A DNA stretch of 64,000 nt, from positions 332,010,001 to 332,074,000 of the forward strand of contig OZ024743.1 of assembly GCA_964016885.1 (NCBI GenBank), in the 5' to 3' direction. Source of the DNA: Eledone cirrhosa (Eukaryota). Shown one piece after another: positions 36,831 to 52,083 of this stretch. Below the pieces are notes generated by a model. It did no database searches. It saw only the letters and a program-made list of their open reading frames with translations, and had not been told where the DNA came from. The translations under genes were made by a program, and so were the position numbers. How positions within the stretch are numbered: position 1 is the first letter of the stretch; every line of letters begins with the position of its first letter.

Positions 36831-38960
36831 GTGGTGTGTGATATGATGTGTATTTGTATATTTTTGTATGTTTGTTTATATGTATGTGTGTATTTGTATG
36901 TTTATGTATGTATATATAGGATTTTACAGCTTATTCATTTTTCAGACACCCCCACAATCCCTGCTCTTATTCCACACACACCGCTTATTAAATTTTGTTA
37001 ATCTATTTGGCAAAATTTTATTTAAAGTGGTAGCATTCCTGCAACGATTAATTTTCTTCATACATTAAAAAACATTACATTATACATGACAAAAAATTCA
37101 TTATTAGAAATCCTGTAATAAAATAAATAGGATAGGTTGCGGTCTCAATATGTAAGCTAAACAACTAATTCTGGGTTTTTTTTAAAATCAACGGAGGCAA
37201 CCTAGAAAAAATACTGATTTTCCAGTCCCCGCTTCCCTCACTTATTCCACTCCACCGCCTATTATTTGGGACTGGAGAGTATGTGTCCATATGTATTTAT
37301 ATAAGCGAGTATCAAAGTGTGTAACTAAAGTTGTCTATGGACCTTGCACATATGTGTTTATGCATGAATGAACATGGATGTCTAGCTAGGTAGATAGGTG
37401 GTTAAGTGGGAGTGGGGGGTGACAGACAGACAGCTAGATGGGCAGAAGTCATAGAGATAGGGGCTGGTCCACCACCACACACATATCTTCTCTATGGTTG
37501 ATGATGTGTACAAACAAGACTTGATTCAATCAACTTCACAACATCTTTCATATTGTTTTAAAGACTCTCACATCCATATGAAGACAGGGTGGACAGCTGT
37601 AGAAAACTGACTGATTTAGCTTCACTCATCAGTGTTTATCTATAAACTATGCATGTTCCTCTCACAATACAAGAGGTTCTTATAAACAGGCATAACCCAA
37701 ACATTAACAACAGGGCTGAGCTACGATGGAGTTAATTGGTTGTTATGACTTGTCTGTGCATATTACATTTCCACCAACAGTCTACAACACGACAAAGGAA
37801 CAGTTTGTAGGATCAAGATGTTCCAATTTTTCTTTGTTCATTATTTGAAAAAAAGTTTCTATCCTTGAAATATCATGAAATTTATTGAGTAAAAACTATT
37901 ATTTTGACAATTTTATTTTACTCAATTTTAGTATTATATTTCCTATTTACATTGTACCAGCTATCCCCAATATGTTTGTTATTACCTACCTTGCAATACT
38001 TCATATAAATTTTACTGATATTTTAATCTATTTTTATGATATAATTACATAAATTTTTAGCATATATGTTGTATGACATATGGGATTAAATTTATGAATA
38101 ACTTTGGAAAAATAACTATTTTATAGAGACGGATGTAGAGTTAGAACCCAAGACCCTATGCTTGAAAAATAAACTTATTGTAGTAACATATAAATGACAT
38201 ACAGGATTAAATATATGAGCAACTTTAGAGAAATAACTATTACCCTCTTCCTGCTATGTTAAGTGTTAACCTAATGTATCCCTTCCATATACTGTACCGA
38301 TTGTGCTGTTATTTCTGTTTACTTTTTACATACATATATATATATATAAAGATACATGGTTGATTCTGTGTTGTACAATAGAGTTGGGACAACAACCACC
38401 CAGTAAACCTTCAGCTGGATACCTCTGGGCTTCCATATATTTTATAATACTCCCAAACACTGAACTGATTTCTGATAAATATTTGTTGATATTGCTTTCT
38501 TTAGTAACTCAACTGACAATACTTGTAAATATCTCCTCTATCAACTTTACGAGGATTGCTGATTTACATAACTATGGGGGCTATTTATATTTACACTGAA
38601 ATAGAACTGTCTCATGGCAGTCCATCCTATGTGTGTGTGTGTGTATGTATGTATTGCATGCGTGTGTGTTGTGGCAGCACAGAAAGTACTGATTCCTCCA
38701 CATCCACCATCACCATATTATTTCCCATTTCCACCCACCCACATTTCCTTGGTCAACCGATATAACTCCTACACCTCTTCACATCCGTAATTCACTTCCC
38801 TTGTCCAACCCATGCCACCAGGAAGAACAATATAACCCCTACACTCACACACATCCCTAATTCACTTCCCTTGTCCAACCCATGCCAGCATGGAAGAATG
38901 ATCCTTGATGAATTTATAGGAACTCATATGTCATCTCTTGCTTTGTTACTGTAAACTTCT

Positions 38961-39200
38961 TTAACCCTTTTGTTACGAACCCAACCAAAACCAGCTCTGG
39001 TTCTAGGAAATAAAATCATCAATTTTAAAAGATTCCAATTTAAATTAAAATCTTACAACATAATTTTATATAAGAACCTTACATTAAGTTACTATCTTAG
39101 TAACGAAATAATTAATAATTTTAGTAAATCCCTCAAAGTTCTTCATTAATTAATTGAAATAAAGTGTACTTCATTAAAAATGCAGTCATGAAAGAGTTAA
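38961..39200. mobile_element. piggyBac-like MITE, TTAA target duplication
   Basis: ttaa-cccttttgttac ... gtcatgaaagag-ttaa imperfect TIRs. Confidence 0.6.
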
Positions 39201-39439
39201 AGTTAATAGCATGTTATGTTTCAGAGACAGCACCTGAAATGATAGAGTCAGGAGTTAGGAGCAAAATAAAGATCTCAGATTTTAGCAAATCTAATTTTCA
39301 AGAGTGATTTGTTAGGCATTGAGATAGTAAAAACTTGTCAACACAAAACTAATCTCTTCAGTTGAATTTGTGTCAAAGTCACCTTCTAAAAAATTAACTT
39401 TTTTTTTTGTAGATTTTACTGAAGACATTGAATCACACT

Positions 39440-42400
39440 AACATTATAATGTCTATATCAACATTATAAGAATAAACCAACATTATTATGTCTACATCAA
39501 CATTATAATATCTACACCAACATTATAATGTCTACACCAACATTATGTCTACACCAACATTATAGTGTCTACAACAACATGATGTCTACATCAACATAAT
39601 GTCTACACCAACATAATGTCTACACCAACATAATGTCTACATCAACATTATATCTACATCAACGTTATGTCTGCATCAACATTATGTCTACACCAACATT
39701 ATAATGTCTACATCAACATTATGTCTACACCAACATTATAATATCTACACCAAGATTATAATGTCTACACCAACATTATAATATCTACACCAAGATTATA
39801 ATGTCTACACCAACATTATAATGTCTACACCAACATTATGTCTACATGAACATTATGTCTACATCAACATTATGTCTACATCAACATTATGTCTGCACCA
39901 ACATTATAATGTCTACACCAATATTATGTCTACACCAGAATTATGTCTACACCAACATTATGTCTACATCAACATTATGTCTACATCAACATTATGTCTA
40001 CACCAACATTATGTCTACACCAACATTATGTCTACACCAACATTATGTCTACACCAACATTATGTCTACACCAACATTATGTCTACACCAACATTATGTC
40101 TACACCAACATTATTATGTCTACACCAACATTATGTCTACACCAACATTATGTCTACACCAACATTATAATGTCTACACCAACATTATGTCTACACCAAC
40201 ATTATGTCTACACCAACATTATTATGTCTACACCAACATTATGTCTACACCAACATTATGTCTACATCAACATTATGTCTACATCAACATTATGTCTACA
40301 TCAACATTATGTCTACATCAACATTATGTCTACATCAACATTATATCTACACCAACATTATGTCTACACCAACCTTATAATGTCTACATCAACATTATGT
40401 CTACACCAACATTAAGTCTACATCAACATTATGTCTACACCAACATTAAGTCTACATCAACATTATGTCTACACCAACATTAAGTCTACATCAACATGAT
40501 GTCTACACCAACATTATAATGTCTACACCAACATTATGTCTACACCAACATTATGTCTACACCAACATTTTGTCTACACCAACATTATGTCAACATCAAC
40601 ATTATGTCTACACCAACATTATGTCTACACCAACATTATTATATCTACACCATCATTATGTCTACATCAACATTATGTCTACACCAAGATTATGTCTACA
40701 CCAAGATTATCTCTACATCAACATTATAATATCTACACCAACATTATAATGTCTACACCAATATTGTCTACACCAACATTATGTCTACACCAACATTAAG
40801 TCTATACCAACATTAAGTCTACATCAACATTATGTCTACACCAACATTATATCTACACCAACATTATAATGTCTACACCAACATTATGTCTACACCAACA
40901 TTATAATGTCTACACAAACATTATGTCTACACCAACATTAAGTCTACACCAACATTATGTCAACATCAACATTATGTCTACATCAACATTATGTCTACAT
41001 CAACATTATGTCTACATCAACATTATGTCTACACCAACATTATAATATCTACACCAACATTATGTCTACACCAACATTATGTCTACACCAACATTAAGTC
41101 TACACCAACATTATGTCTACATCAACTTTATGTCTACACCAACATTATGTCAACATCAACATTAAGTCTACACCAACATTATGTCTACACCAACATTATG
41201 TCTACACCAACATCATGTCTACATCAACTTTATGTCTACACCAACATTATGTCTACACCAACATTATAATATCTACACAAACATTAAGTCTACATCAACA
41301 TTATGTCTGCATCAACATTATGTCTACACCAACATTATAATGTCTACATCAACATTATGTCTACACCAACATTATAATATCTACACCAAGATTATAATAT
41401 CTACACCAACATTATGTCTACATGAACATTATGTCTACACCAACATTATAATGTCTACACCAACATTATGTCTACATGAACATTATGTCTACATGAACAT
41501 TATGTCTACATCAACATTATGTCTACATCAACATTATGTCTACATCAACATTATGTCTACATCAACATTATGTCTGCACCAACATTATAATGTCTACACC
41601 AATATTATGTCTACACCAATATTATGTCTACACCAGAATTATGTCTACACCAACATTATGTCTACATCAACATTATGTCTACATCAACATTATGTCTACA
41701 CCAACATTATGTCTACACCAACATTATGTCTACACCAACATTATGTCTACACCAACATTATGTCTACACCAACATTATGTCTGCACCAACATTATGTCTG
41801 CACCAACATTATGTCTACACCAACATTATGTCTACACCAACATTATTATGTCTACACCAACATTATGTCTACACCAACATTATGTCTACACCAACATTAT
41901 GTCTACACCAACATTATTATGTCTACACCAACATTATGTCTACACCAACATTATGTCTACATCAACATTATGTCTACATCAACATTATGTCTACATCAAC
42001 ATTATGTCTACATCAACATTATGTCTACATCAACATTATGTCTACATCAACATTATGTCTACATCAACATTATATCTACACCAACATTATGTCTACACCA
42101 ACCTTATAATGTCTACATCAACATTATGTCTACACCAACATTAAGTCTACATCAACATTATGTCTACACCAACATTAAGTCTACATCAACATGATGTCTA
42201 CACCAACATTATAATGTCTACACCAACATTATGTCTACACCAACATTATGTCTACACCAACATTTTGTCTACACCAACATTATGTCAACATCAACATTAT
42301 GTCTACACCAACATTATGTCTACACCAACATTATTATATCTACACCATCATTATGTCTACATCAACATTATGTCTACACCAAGATTATGTCTACATCAAC

Positions 42401-45400
42401 ATTATAATATCTACACCAACATTATAATGTCTAGACCAATATTGTCTACACCAACATTATGTCTACACGAACATTAAGTCTATACCAACATTAAGTCTAC
42501 ATCAACATTATGTCTACACCAACATTATATCTACACCAACATTATAATGTCTACACCAACATTATGTCTACACCAACATTATAATGTCTACACAAACATT
42601 ATGTCTACACCAACATTAAGTCTACACCAACATTATGTCAACATCAACATTATGTCTACATCAACTTTATGTCTACACCAACATTATGTCAACATCAACA
42701 TTAAGTCTACACCAACATTATGTCTACACCAACATTATGTCTACACCAACATTATGTCTACATCAACTTTATGTCTACACCAACATTATGTCTACACCAA
42801 CATTATAATATCTACACCAACATTAAGTCTACATCAACATTATGTCTACATCAACATTATGTCTACACCAACATTATGTCTACACCAACATTATGTCTAC
42901 ACCAACATTATAATATCTACACCAACATTATGTCTACACCAACATTATTATGTCTACACCAACATTATGTCTACACCAACATTATGTCTACACCAACATT
43001 ATTATGTCTACACCAACATTATGTCTACACCAACATTATGTCTACATCAACATTATGTCTACATCAACATTATGTCTACATCAACATTATGTCTACATCA
43101 ACATTATGTCTACATCAACATTATATCTACACCAACATTATGTCTACACCAACCTTATAATGTCTACATCAACATTATGTCTACACCAACATTAAGTCTA
43201 CATCAACATTATGTCTACACCAACATTAAGTCTACATCAACATGATGTCTACACGAACATTATAATGTCTACACCAACATTATGTCTACACCAACATTAT
43301 GTCTACACCAACATTTTGTCTACACCAACATTATGTCAACATCAACATTATGTCTACACCAACATTATGTCTACACCAACATTATTATATCTACACCATC
43401 ATTATGTCTACATCAACATTATGTCTACACCAAGATTATGTCTACACCAAGATTATCTCTACATCAACATTATAATATCTACACCAACATTATAATGTCT
43501 ACACCAATATTGTCTACACCAACATTATGTCTACACCAACATTAAGTCTATACCAACATTAAGTCTACATCAACATTATGTCTACACCAACATTATATCT
43601 ACACCAACATTATAATGTCTACACCAACATTATGTCTACACCAACATTATAATGTCTACACAAACATTATGTCTACACCAACATTAAGTCTACACCAACA
43701 TTATGTCAACATCAACATTATGTCTACATCAACTTTATGTCTACATCAACATTATGTCTACACCAACATTATAATATCTACACCAACATTATGTCTACAC
43801 CAACATTATGTCTACACCAACATTAAGTCTACACCAACATTATGTCTACATCAACTTTATGTCTACACCAACATTATGTCAACATCAACATTAAGTCTAC
43901 ACCAACATTATGTCTACACCAACATTATGTCTACACCAACATCATGTCTACATCAACTTTATGTCTACACCAACATTATGTCTACACCAACATTATAATA
44001 TCTACACCAACATTAAGTCTACATCAACATTATGTCTGCATCAACATTATGTCTACACCAACATTATAATGTCTACATCAACATTATGTCTACACCAACA
44101 TTATAATATCTACACCAAGATTATAATGTCTACACCAACATTATGTCTACATGAACATTATGTCTACACCAACATTATAATGTCTACACCAACATTATGT
44201 CTACATGAACATTATGTCTACATGAACATTATGTCTACATGAACATTATGTCTACATCAACATTATGTCTACATCAACATTATGTCTACATCAACATTAT
44301 GTCTGCACCAACATTATAATGTCTACACCAATATTATGTCTACACCAGAATTATGTCTACACCAACATTATGTCTACATCAACATTATGTCTACATCAAC
44401 ATTATGTCTACACCAACATTATGTCTACACCAACATTATGTCTACACCAACATTATGTCTACACCAACATTATGTCTACACCAACATTATGTCTACACCA
44501 ACATTATGTCTGCACCAACATTATGTCTACACCAACATTATGTCTACACCAACATTATGTCTACACCAACATTATTATGTCTACACCAACATTATGTCTA
44601 CACCAACATTATGTCTACACCAACATTATAATGTCTACACCAACATTATGTCTACACCAACATTATGTCTACACCTACATTATTATGTCTACACCAACAT
44701 TATGTCTACACCAACATTATGTCTACACCAACATTATGTCTACATCAACATTATGTCTACATCAACATTATGTCTACATCAACATTATGTCTACATCAAC
44801 ATTATGTCTACATCAACATTATATCTACACCAACATTATGTCTACACCAACCTTATAATGTCTACATCAACATTATGTCTACACCAACATTAAGTCTACA
44901 TCAACATTATGTCTACACCAACATTAAGTCTACATCAACATGATGTCTACACCAACATTATAATGTCTACACCAACATTATGTCTACACCAACATTATGT
45001 CTACACCAACATTTTGTCTACACCAACATTATGTCAACATCAACATTATGTCTACACCAACATTATGTCTACACCAACATTATTATATCTACACCATCAT
45101 TATGTCTACATCAACATTATGTCTACACCAAGATTATGTCTACATCAACATTATAATATCTACACCAACATTATAATGTCTACACCAATATTGTCTACAC
45201 CAACATTATGTCTACACGAACATTAAGTCTATACCAACATTAAGTCTACATCAACATTATGTCTACACCAACATTATATCTACACCAACATTATAATGTC
45301 TACACCAACATTATGTCTACACCAACATTATAATGTCTACACAAACATTATGTCTACACCAACATTAAGTCTACACCAACATTATGTCAACATCAACATT

Positions 45401-46545
45401 ATGTCTACATCAACTTTATGTCTACACCAACATTATGTCAACATCAACATTAAGTCTACACCAACATTATGTCTACACCAACATTATGTCTACACCAACA
45501 TTATGTCTACATCAACTTTATGTCTACACCAACATTATGTCTACACCAACATTATAATATCTACACCAACATTAAGTCTACATCAACATTATGTCTACAT
45601 CAACATTATGTCTACACCAAAATTATGTCTACACCAACATTATGTCTACACCAACATTATAATATTTACACCAACATTATGTCTACACCAACATTATTAT
45701 GTCTGCACCAACATTATTATGTCTACACCAACATTATGTCTACACCAACATTATGTCTACACCAACATTATTATGTCTACACCAACATTATGTCTACACC
45801 AACATTATAATATCTACACCAACATTATGTCTACACCAACATTATTATGTCTACACCAACATTATTATGTCTACACCAACATTATGTCTACACCAACATT
45901 ATGTCTACACCAACATTATTATGTCTACACCAACATTATTATGTCTACACCAACATTATGTCTACACCAACATTATGTCTACACCAACATTATAATGTCT
46001 ACACCAACATTATGTCTACACCAACATTATAATGTCTACATCAACATTATGTCTACACCAACATTATGTCTACACCTACATTATGTCTACACCAACATTA
46101 TAATATCTACAGCAACATTATGTCTACACCAACATTATTATGTCTAGACCAACATTATAATGTTTACATCAACATTATGTCTACACCAACATTATGTCTA
46201 CACCAACATTATAATATCTACACCAACATTATGTCTACACCAACATTATGTCTACACCAACATTATTATGTCTACACCAACATTATTATGTCTACACCAA
46301 CATTATGTCTACACCAACATTATTATGTCTACAACATTATGTCTACACCAACATTATTATGTCTACACATTATGTCTACACCAACATTATGTCTACACCA
46401 ACAACATGTCTACACCAACAACATCTCTACACCAACATTATGTCTACACCAACATTATGTCTACACCAACATTATGTCTACACCAACATTATGTCTACAC
46501 CAACAACATGTCTACACCAATATTATGTCTACACCAACATTATAA
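39440..46545. repeat. 17-bp minisatellite (ATGTCTACACCAACATT) with 20-bp variants and kb-scale higher-order repeats
   Basis: Directly visible; rare variant units recur in fixed order. Confidence 0.98.
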
Positions 46546-46592
46546 TGACTCAAACTATTATAAACCCAAATTATAACAATTATACTGTAGAG

Positions 46593-46766
46593 CAGGCATG
46601 TGAAACCTGTGGCCTGCACAAAGTGTTTTAGTGCGCGAGCATGTCTTATCTTAATATAAAATTTAAAAAATTAGTTGCAATGTGCATAATTAGTTAATGT
46701 GTGTGGCCCTCAGACAACACATGTGACCCATGTGGCCCTCGGGAGACCCTCAGTTTACCAAGCTTG
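46593..46766. mobile_element. hAT-type MITE, 174 bp
   Basis: Perfect 8-bp TSD ctgtagag (46585-46592, 46767-46774); termini caggcatgtgaaac / gtttaccaagcttg. Confidence 0.8.
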
Positions 46767-47363
46767 CTGTAGAGCATAATCTGCAAGCTTATAGAAGATG
46801 AACTGTTGACTGTGTTCATTTATTTCAGACTTGGGCAGCAATAAATTTTCCCAGCTTGCATTGCAATATGGCCAGACTTTGGAAGTAAACTTTCTTACAT
46901 TTGTTAATGTTTATTACTCGTTAAATAATAATCCAACAAATCACAGTTTATTGTCAAAGCAATTATGCATACACGCTTGTGTCCCAAATAATAGGGGCGG
47001 GGTAAGCAGGGAGGGGTGGCAGGAAATTGGAAAATCGGTAATTTTTCTAGGTTGTCTCCGTTGATTTTTTTAAAAAAACCAGAATTAGTAATTTAGTTTA
47101 CATATTGAGACCCCAACTCATCTTGAAGCAGTTCTGTATGAGCAAGACACTATCACCTGACCCAACATGCCCATGACAGTATGGAAAATAGACGTTAAAT
47201 GATGATGATAAAAAGATTCAGCAGTCTTTATTTTATTTTATTTTATTTTTCATAATGAGATATTTACACAAGTACATTATAAATATATTGGAAAATATCC
47301 TTTCTTCTGCGCACACACACAGATACATACGCACATACTGACAGACACACACACACAGACACT

Positions 47364-47658
47364 CAGGTCCAGGTTTTCATCTGAGGACCTAAGCTATATG
47401 AAATTTGAAGCCCCAAAACTTTTTATATTAATATTAATGATAAAGAATAAATTATATATATATATATATAATTTTATATATATATATATATAATTATATA
47501 TATATATATATATAATTATATATATATATATATATATAATTATATATATATATAATTGTTGATGGTTAATAAAATAAAAATATATTTAAAACATAAGGTC
47601 CCCAAGGTTGTGGCTCGAAAGCTATAGCTTATTTAGCTTATAGGTAAATCCAGCACTG
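47364..47658. mobile_element. Possible hAT-type MITE containing a (TA)n tract
   Basis: CAG...CTG ends, flanks cagacact/cacacact (7/8); TIRs weak. Confidence 0.45.
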
Positions 47659-48069
47659 CACACACTGACATCTTGAAAATTGATGTCAATGAGTCGTAAG
47701 TATGAAAGCATATCAGAAACATAATCGAGATAGTAAATCTATGGATTTAAACTGTTCGTTTTCATTTATGGTTTTGTGTTTCTATATACTGAACAGTTCT
47801 TGTTTTTTTCTGGATGTTACAATCAATGCCTGCATACACCAACACACACACACTGATACACATACAAGGTTTCAAATGAAGCTATTTATCACTATAGCCA
47901 TCAATAAGTAAAAGAGTAAAGAGAAAGAATCCTTACTTTGCTGGGAACTCTGTAATGAGGAGAGAGAGACCAATGTAAAATAATATCCACAGTCGCTAGA
48001 TTAGTTGGCCTTCAGCTGCAAATCATTGTTTTAGTCTGAAAAATAAAGGAAAACATTTTTTATATATAT

Positions 48070-48445
48070 ATCATCATCACCGTTTTACGTCCATTCTTCC
48101 ACGCTAGCATGGATTAGACGGGTTATCCTGTTGTGGGCAGTGTCTGGTCGGCTGACCTTGTCTTGCTCATACGGGAACTGATTCTGGCTTGATTTCTACA
48201 GCTGGATGCCCTTCCTAACACCAACCTCATTTACAGTGAGTTCTGGGTGCTTTTTACCGTGGCACCTACACGACCACTTTACAGTGAGTGCTGGGTGCTT
48301 TTTTTCCGTAGCGCCTACACGTCCACTTTACAGTGTGGGCTGGGTGCTTTTTGCCGTGGCACCTCCATGACCACTTTGCAGTGGGAGGGTGTGGGGGCAT
48401 ATTGTCTTTATGCTTCAGCTTGTACCCACCAGAGGTCACAGTCGT
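48070..48445 (-). mobile_element. RTE subfamily B 3' UTR fragment
   Basis: Matches 22707-23080; adjoins (TA)n at the tail. Confidence 0.85.
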
Positions 48446-48844
48446 GTGTTATCGCCTTTCAGATTATATATATATATATAATTGTATGCACATCTGATGA
48501 TGTCACATGGAAACTGTTACTGATATAACCATTACATAACCATTTTATTGAAATAAATATAATTGTTTCTACTTTTGGCACAAGACCAGCAATTATTGCA
48601 GTGCTTACTGGTGCTTTATTTTATCGACCCTGTAAGGATGAAAGTGGTGCTATTAAACATAACCTGGGCCAATACTGGCCGAAACCTATCAAAGTTAAAG
48701 TTAACCTCAGTGGGATTTGAACTCAGAACGTAAAAGGCCATAACTATGCTGCAAAGCATGGTGTCTGATGCTCTACTGATGCTCTACATGTGAAATATAT
48801 GCAATGCAATAAAACAATTATGCAAAAGTAACATTCTTCACAAC

Positions 48845-48884
<40 letters not shown>

Positions 48885-48999
48885 GACACATATGTAGAGA
48901 CAGAACAATGATGTATATTAAATAAAAGTGTTAACTAAAGCACAGTGTTAGATAGGATTCATGATAACATGATCAATATGTTAAAATTAAGGCAGAGCT

Positions 49000-49322
49000 T
49001 GGACTGGTTGTAGGGAGAAGCTGGGTTTAAGAGGAATCTATGGTGGTGTGCAGGAGAGAAAACTGAGTTGGTATGGACACGTGATGTGTATGGACAATGA
49101 TAGTAAAGTGAAGAAGTGTCAGGAAATGCTAATGGAAGGAAGCCACAATAGAGGTCGACCAAGGATAACCTGGACAGAGGTTGTGAAAGCTGATCTCAAG
49201 TCACCGAGACTCACAGAAGAGATGACAAAGAAATGTGACACGTGGAGAGTTGCTGTGTTGAGAAGGACCCGTCCAACCCATGCAAGTGTGGAAAAACGGA
49301 CATAAAAATGATGATGATGATT
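49000..49322 (+). mobile_element. Old RTE LINE 3' fragment
   Basis: ORF 49048-49305 QERKLSWYGHVM...GRPRITW; (GAT)n tail. Confidence 0.85.
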
Positions 49323-49467
49323 ACTGAATGACAAAATTCAATTCAATAAACTCAGTCTTGGATAAAAAATATCAAAAATGATTCCAACTGATATCTTCAA
49401 GTTGGATTCAACAGGAACTATAATAATACATTGTCAAACACAATGTTGATGTTATTTTATTATTTTA

Positions 49468-50500
49468 GGGTGATGGATTGGCAGAATCGGTAGAGCCTTG
49501 GACAACATGCTTAATGGCATTGAGGTATGGCCCTTTATAGTCTGAGTTCAAACTACTATTGCCGAGGTTAGTTTTGCCTTTCATCCTTACAGGGGTCAAT
49601 AAAATAAAGTACCAGTCATGCACTGGGTCGATTTAATTGACTTTCCCCTCTCCCTAAAATTGCTGGCCTTGTGCCTATATAAGAAATTATTATTATTATT
49701 ATTATTATTATGGCTTAGTGGTTAGGCTTGCAATCGAAAGCTTGTGAGTTCAATACTCGGACTAAATGAGGTAGGTGTTAGGAAGGGCATCCAGCTGTAG
49801 AAATCAAGCCAGAATCAGACAAGGTCAGCCGACCGGACACTGCTCACAACAGGACAACCCGTCTAACCTATGCTAGCGTGGAAGAACAGATGTAAAATGG
49901 TGATGATGATGATGATTAGGGTGCTGGATTGGCAGAATCAGTAGAGCATTGGACAACATGCTTCATGGCATATAGTTATGGCCTTTTATGTTCTGACTTC
50001 AAATCCCGCCGAAGTTAGCGTTGTCTTTCATCTTTACGGGGTTGACAAAATAAAGTACCAGTAATGCACTGGTGTTGATGTGATTGACTTTTCTCTCCCT
50101 CAAAATTGTTTGCCATGTGCCTAAATCAGAAACCATTATTATTGGAGGTGGATTGGCAGTATCGGTAGACGGTCCGACGCCATGCTTTGACGCATAGAGT
50201 TACGGTCCTTGCCATTCTGACTTCAAATCCCGCCGAGGTTTACTTTGCCTTTCATCCTTACAGGGTCGATAAAATAAAGTACTAGTAATGCACTGGGTAA
50301 TTGCTGGCCTTGTGCCAAAAGTAGAAACAATTATTAGTAGGATGGTGGATTGGCAGTAGTGTTAGAGCATCTGATAACAGGCTTTGTGGCATATAGTTAC
50401 AGCCCTTTACACTGAGTTCAGATATATTTCTGCTCTTTATAGGTAAAGTACCAGTTACATACTGGGGTTGATAACTGTTCACTTCACCCTCAAACAACCT
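49468..50500 (+). mobile_element. Head-to-tail train of SINEs (four family 1, one deleted family 2)
   Basis: Heads ggattggcag at about 49475, 49926, 50150, 50347; family 2 head tggcttagtgg at 49711. Confidence 0.82.
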
Positions 50501-50794
50501 TTGGTCTCGTGATTATTATATAGACCCCCAGCTCTCCCTGTCCTATGTTAGGAATTATACAGACCTCTCCTTCGTGCCCATACAGACATACATAGATACA
50601 CACACATACATAGAGAGAAACACACACACACGTCAATTGATCCTCATTGGTGTTCATTAAAGTACTCATGTGATTGATACAAAACAACAGTTGGACATAA
50701 CTGCAAAATTATTCATTAAACTGGCCACATAAGGTGGAGTGGGAGTAAGAGGAGAAAGTCTTCACTAACATTTTAATCAATGAATTACACATGA

Positions 50795-51485
50795 GAAAAC
50801 AACAACAACCACTACAACAACAACTACACAACAGCGACCATAACAACAACCACAACTAAACAAGCAACAACCACAACTACACCAACAATAACTACACCAA
50901 CAATAACAACAAGCAAAAACCACAACTACACCAAAAATAACAACAACCACCAACATCTACCTCAACAAAAACAACCACAGCAACTACAACAACTACAACA
51001 ACAACAACAACCACTGCAACAACAACAACAACAACAACAACCACTGCAACATCAACAACTACATCAACAATAACAACAACCACATCAACAACAACTACCT
51101 CAACAAAAACAACCACAGCAACTACAGCAACAACAACATCCACCAGCAATAAAGCCAACAGAAACACCACCACCAACACCACCACCAATAACAACAACCA
51201 CCACAAGTACAGTAACAACAACGTCCACCCATAAGAACACCACCACCAATAAGAACTACACCAATAAAGCCAACACCAACACCTACCATAACAACAAAAT
51301 CTACCATTACAACTACAGCACCAACTACACCAACAACCATATCAATGGTATCAACAACATCCACCACCAACAACAAAAACTAACACAACACCTACAACAA
51401 TGGAATCAACAACATCATCAATAGTAATAATGACAATAGCAATGACAAAAATAACCACCCCCACAACAACACCATCACCAAACAA
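50795..51485. repeat. (CAA/CAC)n degenerate trinucleotide tract
   Basis: Low-complexity ACA/ACC repeats. Confidence 0.92.
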
Positions 51486-52083
51486 ACTAAAAATAGATTA
51501 TAGAAAGATTGATTTTGAGTTTTTGTTTTTTATGTTATATATAGTCTTATTTTATTTCAATTTATTTTAATCTATTTTATGTTTTTTTTAAGCTTCTATT
51601 TCAGCTTAACTATTCTTCAGTTTTCTATTCTGGACAAAGATAAAATGGTTTCCAAATTGAGATAAAAACCCTTAAAGGTATGGGGGAGGTTTTGTTTTGT
51701 TTTGTTTTGTTTGTTTGTTTTGCGTTGGTTTTTTTGTTTTGGTTTTGTTTTGTTAAATTTTGAAATGTAGCCGTCTCAACGCAAATGACTATAATAATAG
51801 TTGAGAAAATAAGATAAAATACCCCTGGCGATGGAAAAATTTTGACAGAGGCATCACTATCCACCAAGGTTTTTGTCATGAACAGACAGAGGATTTGTAC
51901 CTAGAAAGTTTCCCTTCCAAGGTACAAGTCTGGGCAAGATGGTTTTGAGGATGACCAGCAGTCACCCATGCATACCACTCTCCTCTCTCCATGCTGCCGA
52001 TGTTGTCCAAGAGAACGACAAAGGCCCATACAGCTTGGTGCCTGTGATGTCGCAACACATTTCTACAGCTAAGTGATCTAGAA

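Noticed and set aside
39821-46631. MSTPTLCLHQHYVYTNI repeat ORFs
   Set aside because: Translations of the 17-bp minisatellite in all frames; no frame preference.
18420-46890. Possible plus-strand host exons after pyrimidine-rich AG sites (about 18438, 39224, 39411, 46828)
   Set aside because: Short peptides with no recognisable similarity and weak or missing donors; not supportable by eye.
48493-48520. ctgatgatgtcacatggaaactg as a hammerhead
   Set aside because: Stem II and stem I cannot be paired convincingly.
50892-51376. Val/Leu-rich transmembrane-looking ORFs
   Set aside because: Reverse translation of the (CAA)n tract.
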